NCBI GenBank assembly: GCA_964016885.1
Contig: OZ024741.1
Location: forward strand, 110,856,001 to 110,920,000
Source of the DNA: Eledone cirrhosa
Lineage: Eukaryota
DNA: 64,000 nt
Direction of reading: 5' to 3'
A program made the position numbers and the translations under genes. This document shows positions 13,001 through 28,000 of the stretch, piece after piece. The notes beneath the pieces are model-generated. The model was given only the letters and a program-made list of their open reading frames with translations, did not search any database and was not told where the DNA came from. Every line of letters begins with the position of its first letter. The stretch's first letter is position 1.

Positions 13001-16000
13001 ATAATATAAACCACCATAACTACACCACTACCACAATATAATGTAAACCACCATAACTACACCACTACCACCACAATATAATGTAAACCACCATAACTAC
13101 ACTACCACTACCACAATATAATGTAAACCACCATAACTACACTACCACCACAATATAATGTAAACCACCATAACTACACCACTACCACCATAACTACACC
13201 ACCACTACCACAATATAATGTAAACCACCATAACTACACCACCACCACAATATAATGTAAACCACCATAACTACACCACCACTACCACAATATAATGTAA
13301 ACCACCATAACTACACCACCACTACCACAATATAATGTAAACCACCATAACTACACCACCACCACAATGTAATGTAAACCACCATAACTACACCACTACC
13401 ACAATATGATGTAAACCATTACCACCACCACCACCCCCATCATCTAATGAACACCACTGTTTATTACAGAGTTATACCAGAGCTTCATCAATGCTAACCA
13501 AATAGAAAATCTACAAAAGAGAATGTTAACATTGAAAAGAATCATACATCAGTTACCTGATGTCCACTTTGAGACATTTCGGCATTTGGCACTTCACCTG
13601 CGTAAGGTCGCTGACCACAGCCATCTGAACAAGGTATGGCCTGTCCTCTTGATGTGACTGTATGTATGTATAGTGTTTTGTTCATGTGACTGTCTGTATG
13701 TATAGTGTGTTGTGGTGTGACTGTATATATAGTGTGTTGTTGGTGTGACTGTATGTATAGTGTGTTGTTGGTGTGGCTGTATGTATAGTGTGTTGTGGTG
13801 TGACTGTATGTATAGTGTGATGTTGGTATGACTGTATGTATAGTGTGTTGTTGGTGTGACTGTATGTATAGTGTGTTGTTGGTGTGACTGTATGTATAGT
13901 GTGTTGTTGGTGTGACTGTATGTATAGTGTGTTGTTGGTGTGACTGTATGTATAGTGTGTTGTGGTGTGACTGTATGTATAGTGTGTTGTGGTGTGACTG
14001 TATGTATAGTGTGTTGTTGGTGTGACTGTATGTATAGTGTGTTGTTGGTGTGACTGTATGTATAGTGTGTTGTGGTGTGACTGTATGTATAGTGTTGTTG
14101 GTGTGACTGTATGTATAGTGTGTTGTTGGTGTGACTGTATGTATAGTGTGTTGTTGGTGTGACTGTATGTATAGTGTGTTGTTGGTGTGACTGTATGTAT
14201 AGTGTGTTGTTGGTGTGACTGTATGTATAGTGTGTTGTTGGTGTGACTGTATGTATAGTGTGTTGTTGGTGTGACTGTATGTATAGTGTGTTGTGGTGTG
14301 ACTGTATGTATAGTGTGTTGTTGGTGTGACTGTATGTATAGTGTGTTGTTGGTGTGACTGTATGTATAGTGTGTTGTTGGTGTGACTGTATGTATAGTGT
14401 GATGTTGGTGTGACTGTATGTATAGTGTTGTGGTGTGACTGTATGTATAGTGTGTTGTTGGTGTGACTGTATGTATAGTGTGTTGTTGGTGTGACTATGT
14501 ATAGTGTGTTGTTGGTGTGACTGTATGTATAGTGTGTTGTTGGTGTGACTATGTATAGTGTGTTGTTGGTGTGACTGTATGTATAGTGTGTTGTTGGTGT
14601 GACTGTATGTATAATGTGTTGTTGGTGTGACTGTATGTATAGTGTGTTGTTGGTGTGACTGTATGTATAGTGTGTTGTTGGTGTGACTGTATGTATAGTG
14701 TGTTGTTGGTGTGACTGTATGTATAGTGTGTTGTTGGTGTGACTGTATGTATAGTGTGTTGTGGTGTGACTGTATGTATAGTGTGATGTTGGTGTGACTG
14801 TATGTATAGTGTGTTGTTGGTGTGACTATGTATAGTGTGTTGTTGGTGTGACTGTATGTATAGTGTGTTGTGGTGTGACTGTATGTATAGTGTGTTGTTG
14901 GTGTGACTGTATGTATAGTGTGTTGTTGGTGTGACTGTATGTATAGTGTGTTGTTGGTGTGACTATGTATAGTGTGTTGTGGTGTGACTATGTATAGTGT
15001 GTTGTGGTGTGACTGTATGTATAGTGTGATGTTGGTGTGACTGTATGTGTAGTGTGTTGTGGTGTGACTATGTATAGTGTGTTGTTGGTGTGACAGTATG
15101 TATAGTGTGTTGTGGTGTGCCTGTATGTATAGTGTGTTGTTGGTGTTACTGTATGTATGGTGTGACTATGTATAGTGTGTTGTTGGTGTGACTGTATGTA
15201 TAGTGTGTTGTGGTGTGACTGTATGTATAGTGTGTTGTTGGTGTGACTGTATGTATAGTGTGTTGTTGGTGTGACTGTATGTATAGTGTGTTGTGGTTTG
15301 ACTGTATGTATAGTGTGTTGTGGTTTGACTGTATGTATAGTGTGTTGTTGGTGTGACTATGTATAGTGTGTTGTTGGTGTGACGATGTATAGTGTGTTGT
15401 GGTGTGACTGTATGTATAGTGTGTTGTTGCTGTGACTATGTATAGTGTGTTGTTGGTGTGACTATATGTATAGTGTGTTGTGGTGTGACTATATGTATAG
15501 TGTGTTGTGGTGTGACTATATGTATAGTGTGTTGTGGTGTGACTGTATGTATAGTGTGTTGTTGGTGTGACTGTATGTATAGTGTGTTGTTGGTGTGACT
15601 GTATGTATAGTGTGTTGTTGGTGTGACTGTATGTATAGTGCATTGTTGGTGTGACTGTATGTATAGTGTGATGTTGGTGTGACTATGTATAGTGTGTTGT
15701 TGGTGTGACTGAATGTATAGTGTTGTTGTTGTGACTGTATGTATAGTGTTGTTGTTGTGACTGTATGTATAGTGTGTTGTTGGTGTGACTGTATGTATAG
15801 TGTGTTGTGGTGTGACTGTATGTATAGTGTGTTGTGGTGTGACTGTATGTATAGTGTGATGTTGGTGTGACTGTATGTATAGTGTTGTGGTGTGACTGTA
15901 TGTATAGTGTGTTGTTGGTGTGACTGTATGTATAGTGTGTTGTTGATGTGACTGTATGTATAGTGTGTTGTGGTGTGACTATGTATAGTGTGTTGTTGGT

Positions 16001-19000
16001 GTGACTGTATGTATAGTGTGTTGTTGGTGTGACTATGTATAGTGTGTTGTTGGTGTGACTATGTATAGTGTGTTGTTGGAGTGACTGTATGTATAGTGTG
16101 TTGTTGGTGTGACTGTATGTATAGTGTGATGTTGGTGTGACTATGTATAGTGTGTTGTGGTGTGACTGTATGTATAGTGTGTTGTTGGTGTGACTATGTA
16201 TAGTGTGTTGTGGTGTGACTGTATGTATAGTGTGTTGTTGGTGTGACTATGTATAGTGTGTTGTGGTGTGACTGTATGTATAGTGTGTTGTTGGTGTGAC
16301 TGTATGTATAGTGTGTTGTTGGTGTGACTGTATGTATAGTGTGGTGTTGGTGTGACTGTATGTATAGTGTGTTGGTGGTGTGACTGTATGTATAGTGTGG
16401 TGTTGGTGTGACTGTATGTATAGTGTGTTGTTGGTGTGACTATGTATAGTGTGTTGTGGTGTGACTGTATGTATAGTGTGTTGTTGGTGTGACTGTATGT
16501 ATAGTGTGATGTTGGTGTGACTGTATGTATAGTGTGATGTTCGTGTGACTATGTATAGTGTGTTGTGGTATGACTGTATGTATAGTGTGTTGTTGGTGTG
16601 ACTATGTATAGTGTGTTGTGGTGTGACTGTATGTATAGTGTGTTGTTGGTGTGACTATGTATAGTGTGTTGTTGGTGTGACTGTATGTATAGTGTGTTGT
16701 TGGTGTGACTGTATGTATAGTGTGTTGTTGGTGTGACTGTATGTATAGTGTGTTGTTGGTGTGACTGTATGTATAGTGTTGTTGGTGTGACTGTATGTAT
16801 AGTGTGTTGTGGTGTGACTGTATGTATAGTGTTGTGGTGTGACTATGTATAGTGTGTTGTGGTGTGACTGTATGTATAGTGTGATGTTGGTGTGACTGTA
16901 TGTATAGTGTGTTGTTGGTGTGACTGTATGTATAGTGTGTTGTTGGTGTGACTGTATGTATAGTGTGTTGTGGTGTGACTGTATGTATAATGTTGTTGGT
17001 GTGACTATGTATGTGTTGTTGGTGTGACTGTATGTATAGTGTGTTGTTGGTGTGACTGTATGTATAGTGTGTTGTTGGTGAGACTGTATGTATAGTGTGT
17101 TGTTGGTGAGACTGTATGTATAGTGTGTTGTTGGTGTGACTGTATGTATAGTGTGATGTTGGTGTGACTGTATGTATAGTGTGTTGTTGGTGTGACTGTA
17201 TGTATAGTGTGTTGTTGGTGTGACTGTATGTATAGTGTGTTGTGGTGTGACTGTATGTATAGTGTTGTTGGTGTTACTGTATGTATAGTGTGTTGTTGGT
17301 GTTACTGTATGTATAGTGTGTTGTTGGTGTGACTGTATGTATAGTGTGATGTTGGTGTGACTATGTATAGTGTGTTATGGTGTGACTGTATGTATAGTGT
17401 GTTGTTGGTGTGACTGTATGTATAGTGTGTTGTTGGTGTGACTGTATGTATAGTGTGTTGTTGGTGTGACTATGTATAGTGTGATGTTGCTGTAACTATG
17501 TATAGTGTGTTGTTGGTGTGACTATGTATAGTGTATTGTGGTGTGACTGTATGTATAGTGTGTTGTTGGTGTGACTGTATGTATAGTGTGTTGTGGTGTG
17601 ACTATGTATAGTGTGTTTTGGTGTGACTGTATGTATAGTGTGTTTTGGTGTGACTGTATGTATAGTGTGTTTTGGTGTGACTGTATGTATAGTGTGTTTT
17701 GGTGTGACTGTATGTATAGTGTGTTTTGGTGTGACTATGTATAGTGTGTTGTTGGTGTGACTGTGTGTATAGTGCGTTGTTGGTGTGACTGTATGTATAG
17801 TGTGTTGTTGGTGTGACTGTATGTATAGTGTGTTGTTGGTGTGACTGTATGTATAGTGTGTTGTTGGTGTGACTGTATGTATAGTGTGTTGTGGTGTGAC
17901 TGTATGTATAGTGTGTTGTTGGTGTGACTGTATGTATAGTGTGTTGTGGTGTGACTGTATGTATAGTGTGATGTTGGTGTGACTGTATGTATAGTGTGTT
18001 GTTGGTGTGACTGTATGTATAGTGTGTTGTTGGTGTGACTGTATGTATAGTGTGTTGTTGGTGTGACTGTATGTATAGTGTGTTGTTGGTGTGACTGTAT
18101 GTATAGTGTGTTGTTGGTGTGACTGTATGTATAGTGTGTTGTGGTGTGACTATGTATAGTGTGTTGTTGGTGTGACTGTATGTATAGTGTGTTATTGGTG
18201 TGACTGTATGTATAGTGTGTTGTTGTTGTGACTGTATGTATAGTGTGTTGTGGTGTCACTGTATGTATAGTGTGTTGTTGGTGTGATTGTATATATAGTG
18301 TGTTGTTGGTGTGACTGTATGTATAGTGTGTTGTGGTATCACTGTATGTATAGTGTGTTGTTGGTGTGACTATGTATAGTGTGTTGTGATGTGACTGTAT
18401 GTATAGTGTGTTGTTGGTGTGACTATGTATAGTGTGTTGTGGTGTGACTGTATGTATAGTGTGTTGTTGGTGTGACTATGTATAGTGTGTTGTGGTGTGA
18501 CTGTATGTATAGTGTGACTGTATGTATAGTGTGTTGTTGGTGTGACTGTATGTATAGTGTGATGTTGGTGTGACTATGTATAGTGTGTTGTGGTGTGACT
18601 GTATGTATATTGTGTTGTTGGTGTGACTATGTATAGTGTGTTGTGGTGTGACTGTATGTATAGTGTGTTGTTGGTGTGACTATGTATAGTGTGTTGTGGT
18701 GTGCCTGTATGTATAGTGTGTTGTTGGTGTTACTGTATGTATGGTGTGACTATGTATAGTGTGTTGTTGGTGTGACTGTATGTACAGTGTGGTGTTGGTG
18801 TGACTGTATGTATAGTGTGTTGTTGGTGTGACTATGTATAGTGTGTTGTGGTGTGACTGTATGTATAATGTGTTGTTGGTGTGACTGTATGTATAGTGTG
18901 ATGTTGGTGTGACTGTATGTATAGTGTGATGTTGGTGTGACTATGTATAGTGTGTTGTGGTGTGACTGTATGTATAGTGTGTTGTTGGTGTGACTATGTA

Positions 19001-22000
19001 TAGTGTGTTGTGGTGTGACTGTATGTATAGTGTGTTGTTGGTGTGACTATGTATAGTGTGTTGTGGTGTGACTGTATGTATAGTGTGTTGTGGTGTGACT
19101 GTATGTATAGTGTGTTGTTGGTGTGACTGTATGTATAGTGTGTTGTTGTTGTGACTGTATGTATAGTGTGTTGTTGGTGTGACTGTATGTATAGTGTGTT
19201 GTGGTGTGACTGTATGTATAGTGTGTTGTGGTGTGACTGTATGTATAGTGTGATGTTGGTGTGACTGTATGTATAGTGTTGTGGTGTGACTGTATGTATA
19301 GTGTGTTGTTGGTGTGACTGTATGTATAGTGTGTTGTTGATGTGACTGTATGTATAGTGTGTTGTGGTGTGACTATGTATAGTGTGTTGTTGGTGTGACT
19401 GTATGTATAGTGTGTTGTCGGTGTGACTATGTATAGTGTGTTGTTGGTGTGACTATGTATAGTGTGTTGTTGGTGTGACTGTATGTATAGTGTGTTGTTG
19501 GTGTGACTGTATGTATAGTGTGTTGTGGTGTCACTGTATGTATAGTGTGTTGTTGGTGTGATTGTATGTATAGTGTGTTGTTGGTGTGACTGTATGTATA
19601 GTGTGTTGTGGTGTGACTGTATGTATAGTGTGTTGTTGGTGTGACTATGTATAGTGTGTTGTTGGTGTGACTATGTATAGTGTGTTGTGGTGTGACTGTA
19701 TGTATAGTGTGTTGTTGGTGTGACTGTATGTATAGTGTGTTGTTGGTGTGACTGTATGTATAGTGTGATGTTGGTGTGACTATGTATAGTGTGTTGTGGT
19801 GTGACTGTATGTATAGTGTGTTGTTGGTGTGACTATGTATAGTGTGTTGTGGTTTGACTGTATGTATAGTGTGTTGTTGGTGTGACTATGTATAGTGTGT
19901 TGTGGTGTGACTGTATGTATAGTGTGTTGTTGGTGTGACTGTATGTATAGTGTGTTGTTGGTGTGACTGTATGTATAGTGTGTTGTTGGTGTGACTGTAT
20001 GTATAGTGTGGTGTTGGTGTGACTGTATGTATAGTGTGTTGTTGGTGTGACTATGTATAGTGTGTTGTGGTGTGACTGTATGTATAGTGTGTTGTTGGTG
20101 TGACTGTATGTATAGTGTGATGTTGGTGTGACTATGTATAGTGTGTTTTGGTGTGACTGTATGTATAGTGTGTTTTGGTGTGACTGTATGTATAGTGTGT
20201 TTTGGTGTGACTGTATGTATAGTGTGTTTTGGTGTGACTGTATGTATAGTGTGTTGTTGGTGTGACTGTGTGTATAGTGCGTTGTTGGTGTGACTGTATG
20301 TATAGTGTGATGTTGGTGTGACTATGTATAGTGTGTTGTTGGTGTGACTGTATGTATAGTGTGTTGTGGTGTGACTGTATGTATAGTGTGTTGTGGTGTG
20401 ACTGTATGTATAGTGTGTTTTGGTGTGACTGTATGTATAGTGTGTTTTGGTGTGACTGTATGTATAGTGTGTTTTGGTGTGACTGTATGTATAGTGTGTT
20501 GTTGGTGTGACTGTATGTATAGTGTGATGTTGGTGTGACTATGTATAGTGTGTTGTTGGTGTGACTGTATGTATAGTGTGTTGTTGGTGTGACTGTATGT
20601 ATAGTGTGTTGTTGGTGTGACTGTATGTATAGTGTGTTGTGGTGTGACTGTATGTATAGTGTGGTGTGGTGTGACTGTATGTATAGTGTGTTGTTGGTGT
20701 GACTGTATGTATAGTGTGTTGTTGGTGTGACTGTATGTATAGTGTGTTGTTGGTGTGACTGTATGTATAGTGTGTTGTTGGTGTGACTGTATGTATAGTG
20801 TGTTGTTGGTGTGACTGTATGTATAGTGTGTTGTTGGTGTGACTATGTATAGTGTGTTGTGGTGTGACTGTATGTATAGTGTGTTGTTGGTGTGACTATG
20901 TATAGTGTGTTGTGGTGTGACTGTATGTATAGTGTGTTGTTGGTGTGACTATGTATAGTGTGTTGTGGTGTGACTGTATGTATAGTGTGTTGTTGGTGTG
21001 ACTGTATGTATAGTGTGTTGTTGTTGTGACTGTATGTATAGTGTGTTGTGGTGTGACTGTATGTATAGTGTGTTGTTGGTGTGACTGTATGTATAGTGTG
21101 TTGTTGGTGTGACTGTATGTATAGTGTGTTGTTGTTGTGACTATGTATAGTGTGATGTTGGTGTGACTGTATGTATAGTGTGATGTTGGTGTGACTATGT
21201 ATAGTGTGTTGTGGTGTGACTGTATGTATAGTGTGTTGTTGGTGTGACTATGTATAGTGTGTTGTGGTGTGACTGTATGTATAGTGTGTTGTTGGTGTGA
21301 CTATGTATAGTGTGTTGTGGTGTGACTGTATGTATAGTGTGTTGTTGGTGTGACTGTATGTATAGTGTGTTGTTGGTGTGACTGTATGTATAGTGTGTTG
21401 TTGGTGTGACTGTATGTATAGTGTGTTGTGGTGTGACGGTATGTATAGTGTGTTGTGGTGTGACTATGTATAGTGTGTTGTGGTGTGACTGTAAGTATAG
21501 TGTGATGTTGGTGTGACTGTATGTATAATGTTGTTGGTGTGACTATGTATCTGTTGTTGGTGTGACTGTATGTATAGTGTGTTGTTGGTGTGGCTGTATG
21601 TATAGTGTGTTGTTGGTGTGACTGTATGTATAGTGTGTTGTTGGTGTGACTGTATGTATAGTGTGTTGTTGGTGTGACTGTATGTATAGTGTGTTCTTGG
21701 TGAGACTGTATGTATAGTGTGTTGTTGGTGAGACTGTATGTATAGTGTGTTGTTGGTGTGACTGTATGTATAGTGTGATGTTGGTGTGACTATGTATAGT
21801 GTGTTATGGTGTGACTGTATGTATAGTGTGTTGTTGGTGTGACTGTATGTATAGTGTGTTGTTGGTGTGACTGTATGTATAGTGTGTTGTTGGTGTGACT
21901 ATGTATAGTGTGATGTTGCTGTAACTATGTATAGTGTGTTGTTGGTGTGACTGTATGTATAGTGTGATGTTGGTGTGACTATGTATAGTGTGTTATGGTG

Positions 22001-25000
22001 TGACTGTATGTATAGTGTGTTGTTGGTGTGACTGTATGTATAGTGTGTTGTTGGTGTGACTGTATGTATAGTGTGTTGTTGGTGTGACTGTATGTATAGT
22101 GTGTTGTGGTGTGAATGTATGTATAGTGTGTTTTGGTGTGACTGTATGTATAGTGTGTTTTGGTGTGACTGTATGTATACTGTGTTTTGGTGTGACTGTA
22201 TGTATAGTGTGTTGTTGGTGTGACTGTGTGTATAGTGCGTTGTTGGTGTGACTGTATGTATAGTGTGATGTTGGTGTGACTATGTATAGTGTGTTGTTGG
22301 TGTGACTGTATGTATAGTGTTTTGTTGGTGTGACTGTATGTATAGTGTGTTGTGGTGTGACTGTATGTATAGTGTGTTGTTGGTGTGACTGTATGTATAG
22401 TGTGTTGTGGTGTGACTGTATGTATAGTGTGTTGTGGTGTGACTGTATGTATAGTGTGATGTTGGTGTGACTGTATGTATAGTGTGTTGTTGGTGTGACT
22501 GTATGTATAGTGTGTTGTTGGTGTGACTGTATGTATAGTGTGTTGTTGGTGTGACTGTATGTATAGTGTGTTGTTGGTGTGACTGTATGTATAGTGTGTT
22601 GTTGGTGTGACTGTATGTATAGTGTGTTGTGGTGTGACTATGTGTAGTGTGTTGTTGGTGTGACTGTATGTATAGTGTGTTGTTGGTGTGACTGTATGTA
22701 TAGTGTGTTGTTGGTGTGACTGTATGTATAGTGTGTTGTGGTGTGACTATGTATAGTGTGTTGTTGGTGTGACTGTATGTATAGTGTGTTGTGGTGTGAC
22801 TATGTATAGTGTGTTGTGGTGTGACTGTATGTATAGTGTGTTGTTGGTGTGACTGTATGTATAGTGTGTTGGTGGTGTGACTGTATGTATAGTGTGTTGT
22901 TGGTGTGACTGTATGTATAGTGTGTTGGTGTGACTGTATGTATAGTGTGTTGTGGTGTGACTGTATGTATAGTGTGTTGTGGTGTGACTGTATGTATAGT
23001 GTGTTGTGGTGTGACTGTATGTATAGTGTGTTGTTGTTGTGACTGTATGTATAGTGTGTTGTTGGTGTGACTGTATGTATAGTGTGTTGTGGTGTGACTG
23101 TATGTATATTGTGTTGTTGGTGTGACTGTATGTATAGTGTGTTGTTGGTGTGACTGTATGTATAGTGTTGTTGGTGTGACTGTATGTATAGTGTGTTGTT
23201 GGTGTGACTGTATGTATAGTGTGTTGTTGCTGTGACTATGTATAGTGTGTTGTTGGTGTGACTGTATGTATAGTGTGTTGTTGGTGTGACTGTATGTATA
23301 GTGTGTTGTTGGTGTGACTGTATGTATAGTGTTGTTGGTGTGACTGTATGTATAGTGTGTTGTTGGTGTGACTGTATGTATAGTGTGTTGTGGTGTGACT
23401 GTATGTATAGTGTGTTGGTGGTGTGACTATGTATAGTGTGTTGTTGGTGTGACTGTATGTATAGTGTGTTGTTGGTGTGACTGTATGTATAGTGTGTTGT
23501 GGTGTGACTGTATGTATAGTGTGTTGTGGTGTGACTGTATGTATAGTGTGTTGTTGGTGTGACTGTATGTATAGTGTGTTGTTGGTGTGACTGTATGTAT
23601 AGTGTGTTGTGGTGTGACTGTATGTATAGTGTGTTGTTGGTGTGACTGTATGTATAGTGTGTTGTTGGTGTGACTGTATGTATAGTGTGTTGTGGTGTGA
23701 CTGTATGTATAGTGTGTTGTTGTTGTGACTGTATGTATAGTGTGTTGTTGGTGTGACTGTATGTATAGTGTGTTGTGGTGTGACTGTATGTATAGTGTGT
23801 TGTGGTGTGACTGTATGTATAGTGTGTTGTGGTGTGACTGTATGTATAGTGTGTTGTGGTGTGACTGTATGTATAGTGTGTTGTGGTGTGACTGTATGTA
23901 TAGTGTGTTGTGGTGTGACTGTATGTATAGTGTGTTGTTGTGACTGTATGTATAGTGTGTTGTTGGTGTGACAGTATGTATAGTGTGTTGTTGGTGTGAC
24001 TGTATGTATAGTGTGTTGTTGGTGTGACTATGTATAGTGTGTTGTTGGTGTGACTGTATGTATAATGTGTTGTTGGTGTGACTGTATGTATAGTGTTGTT
24101 GGTCTGACTGTATGTATAGTGTGTTGTTGGTCTGACTGTATGTATAGTGTTGTGGTGTGACTGTATGTATAGTGTGTTGTTGGTGTGACTGTATGTATAG
24201 TGTGTTGTTGGTGTGACTGTATGTATAGTGTGATGTTGGTGTGACTGTATGTATAGTGTGACTGTATGTATAGTGTGTTGTTGGTGTGACTATGTATAGT
24301 GTGTTGTTGGTGTGACTGTATGTATAGTGTGTTGTTGGTGTGACTGTATGTATAGTGTGTTGTGGTGTGACTGTATGTATAGTGTGATGTTGGTGTGACT
24401 GTATGTATAGTGTGTTGTGGTGTGACTGTATGTATAGTGTGTTGTTGGTGTGACTGTATGTATAGTGTGTTGTTGGTGTGACTGTATGTATAGTGTGTTG
24501 TGGTGTGACTGTATGTATAGTGTGTTGTGGTGTGACTGTATGTATAGTGTGTTGTGGTGTGACTGTATGTATAGTGTTGTTGGTGTGACTGTATGTATAG
24601 TGTTGTTGGTGTGACTGTATGTATAGTGTTGTGGTGTGACTATGTATAGTGTAATGTTGGTGTGACTGTATGTATAGTGTGTCGTTGGTGTGACTGTATG
24701 TATAGTGTTGTTGGTGTCACTATGTATAGTGTGTTGTGGTGTGACAGTATGTATAGTGTTGTTGATGTGACTATGTATAGTGTGTTGTTGGTGTGACTGT
24801 ATGTATAGTGTGTTGTTGGTGTGACTATGTATAGTGTGTTGTTGGTGTGACTATGTATAGTGTGTTGTTGGTGTGACTGTATGTATAGTGTGTTGTTGGT
24901 GTGACTGTATGTATAGTGTTGTGGTGTGACTGTATGTATAGTGTTGTTGGTGTGACTGAATGTATAGTGTGTTGTTGGTGTGACTATGTATAGTGTGTTG

Positions 25001-28000
25001 TGGTGTGACTGTATGTATAGTGTGTTGTGGTGTGACTGTATGTATAGTGTGTTGTTGGTGTGACTGTATGTATAGTGTGTTGTGGTGTGACTGTATGTAT
25101 AGTGTGTTGTTGGTGTGACTGTATGTATAGTGTGTTGTTGGTGTGACTGTATGTATAGTGTTGTTGGTGTGACTGTATGTATAGTGTGTTGTGGTGTGAC
25201 TGTATGTATAGTGTGTTGTGGTGTGACTATGTATAGTGTGTTGTGGTGTGACTGTATGTATAGTGTGATGTTAGTGTGACTGTATGTATAGTGTGTTGTT
25301 GGTGTGACTGTATGTATAGTGTGTTGTTGGTGTGACTGTATGTATAGTGTGTTGTGGTGTGACTGTATGTATAATGTTGTTGGTGTGACTATGTATGTGT
25401 TGTTGGTGTGACTGTATGTATAGTGTGTTGTTGGTGTGACTGTATGTATAGTGTGTTGTTGGTGAGACTGTATGTATAGTGTGTTGTTGGTGAGACTGTA
25501 TGTATAGTGTGTTGTTGGTGAGACTGTATGTATAGTGTGTTGTTGGTGAGACTGTATGTATAGTGTGTTGTTGGTGTGACTGTATGTATAGTGTGATGTT
25601 GGTGTGACTGTATGTATAGTGTGTTGTTGGTGTGACTGTATGTATAGTGTGTTGTTGGTGTGACTGTATGTATAGTGTGTTGTGGTGTGACTGTATGTAT
25701 AGTGTTGTTGGTGTTACTGTATGTATAGTGTGTTGTTGGTGTTACTGTATGTATAGTGTGTTGTTGGTGTGACTGTATGTATAGTGTGATGTTGGTGTGA
25801 CTATGTATAGTGTGTTATGGTGTGACTGTATGTATAGTGTGTTGTTGGTGTGACTGTATGTATAGTGTGTTGTTGGTGTGACTGTATGTATAGTGTGTTG
25901 TTGGTGTGACTATGTATAGTGTGATGTTGCTGTAACTATGTATAGTGTGTTGTTGGTGTGACTATGTATAGTGTATTGTGGTGTGACTGTATGTATAGTG
26001 TGTTGTTGGTGTGACTGTATGTATAGTGTGTTGTGGTGTGACTATGTATAGTGTGTTTTGGTGTGACTGTATGTATAGTGTGTTTTGGTGTGACTGTATG
26101 TATAGTGTGTTTTGGTGTGACTGTATGTATAGTGTGTTTTGGTGTGACTGTATGTATAGTGTGTTGTTGGTGTGACTGTGTGTATAGTGCGTTGTTGGTG
26201 TGACTGTATGTATAGTGTGTTGTTGGTGTGACTGTATGTATAGTGTGTTGTTGGTGTGACTGTATGTATAGTGTGTTGTTGGTGTGACTGTATGTATAGT
26301 GTGTTGTGGTGTGACTGTATGTATAGTGTGTTGTTGGTGTGACTGTATGTATAGTGTGTTGTGGTGTGACTGTATGTATAGTGTGATGTTGGTGTGACTG
26401 TATGTATAGTGTGTTGTTGGTGTGACTGTATGTATAGTGTGTTGTTGGTGTGACTGTATGTATAGTGTGTTGTTGGTGTGACTGTATGTATAGTGTGTTG
26501 TTGGTGTGACTGTATGTATAGTGTGTTGTTGGTGTGACTGTATGTATAGTGTGTTGTGGTGTGACTATGTATAGTGTGTTGTTGGTGTGACTGTATGTAT
26601 AGTGTGTTGTTGGTGTGACTGTATGTATAGTGTGTTGTTGTTGTGACTGTATGTATAGTGTGTTGTGGTGTCACTGTATGTATAGTGTGTTGTTGGTGTG
26701 ATTGTATATATAGTGTGTTGTTGGTGTGACTGTATGTATAGTGTGTTGTGGTATCACTGTATGTATAGTGTGTTGTTGGTGTGACTATGTATAGTGTGTT
26801 GTGATGTGACTGTATGTATAGTGTGTTGTTGGTGTGACTATGTATAGTGTGTTGTGGTGTGACTGTATGTATAGTGTGTTGTTGGTGTGACTATGTATAG
26901 TGTGTTGTGGTGTGACTGTATGTATAGTGTGTTGTTGGTGTGACTGTATGTATAGTGTGTTGTTGGTGTGACTGTATGTATAGTGTGATGTTGGTGTGAC
27001 TATGTATAGTGTGTTGTGGTGTGACTGTATGTATAGTGTGTTGTTGGTGTGACTATGTATAGTGTGTTGTGGTGTGACTGTATGTATAGTGTGTTGTTGG
27101 TGTGACTGTATGTATAGTGTGTTGTTGGTGTGACTGTATGTATAGTGTGTTGTTGGTGTGACTGTATGTATAGTGTGTTGTTGGTGTGACTGTATGTACA
27201 GTGTGGTGTTGGTGTGACTGTATGTATAGTGTGTTGTTGGTGTGACTATGTATAGTGTGTTGTGGTGTGACTGTATGTATAGTGTGTTGTTGGTGTGACT
27301 GTATGTATAGTGTGATGTTGGTGTGACTGTATGTATAGTGTGATGTTGGTGTGACTATGTATAGTGTGTTGTGGTGTGACTGTATGTATAGTGTGTTGTT
27401 GGTGTGACTATGTATAGTGTGTTGTGGTGTGACTGTATGTATAGTGTGTTGTTGGTGTGACTATGTATAGTGTGTTGTGGTGTGACTGTATGTATAGTGT
27501 GTTGTGGTGTGACTGTATGTATAGTGTGTTGTTGGTGTGACTGTATGTATAGTGTGTTGTTGTTGTGACTGTATGTATAGTGTGTTGTTGGTGTGACTAT
27601 GTATAGTGTGTTGTGGTGTGACTGTATGTATAGTGTGTTGTGGTGTGACTGTATGTATAGTGTGATGTTGGTGTGACTGTATGTATAGTGTTGTGGTGTG
27701 ACTGTATGTATAGTGTGTTGTTGGTGTGACTGTATGTATAGTGTGTTGTTGATGTGACTGTATGTATAGTGTGTTGTGGTGTGACTATGTATAGTGTGTT
27801 GTTGGTGTGACTGTATGTATAGTGTGTTGTCGGTGTGACTATGTATAGTGTGTTGTTGGTGTGACTATGTATAGTGTGTTGTTGGTGTGACTGTATGTAT
27901 AGTGTGTTGTTGGTGTGACTGTATGTATAGTGTGTTGTGGTGTCACTGTATGTATAGTGTGTTGTTGGTGTGATTGTATGTATAGTGTGTTGTTGGTGTG

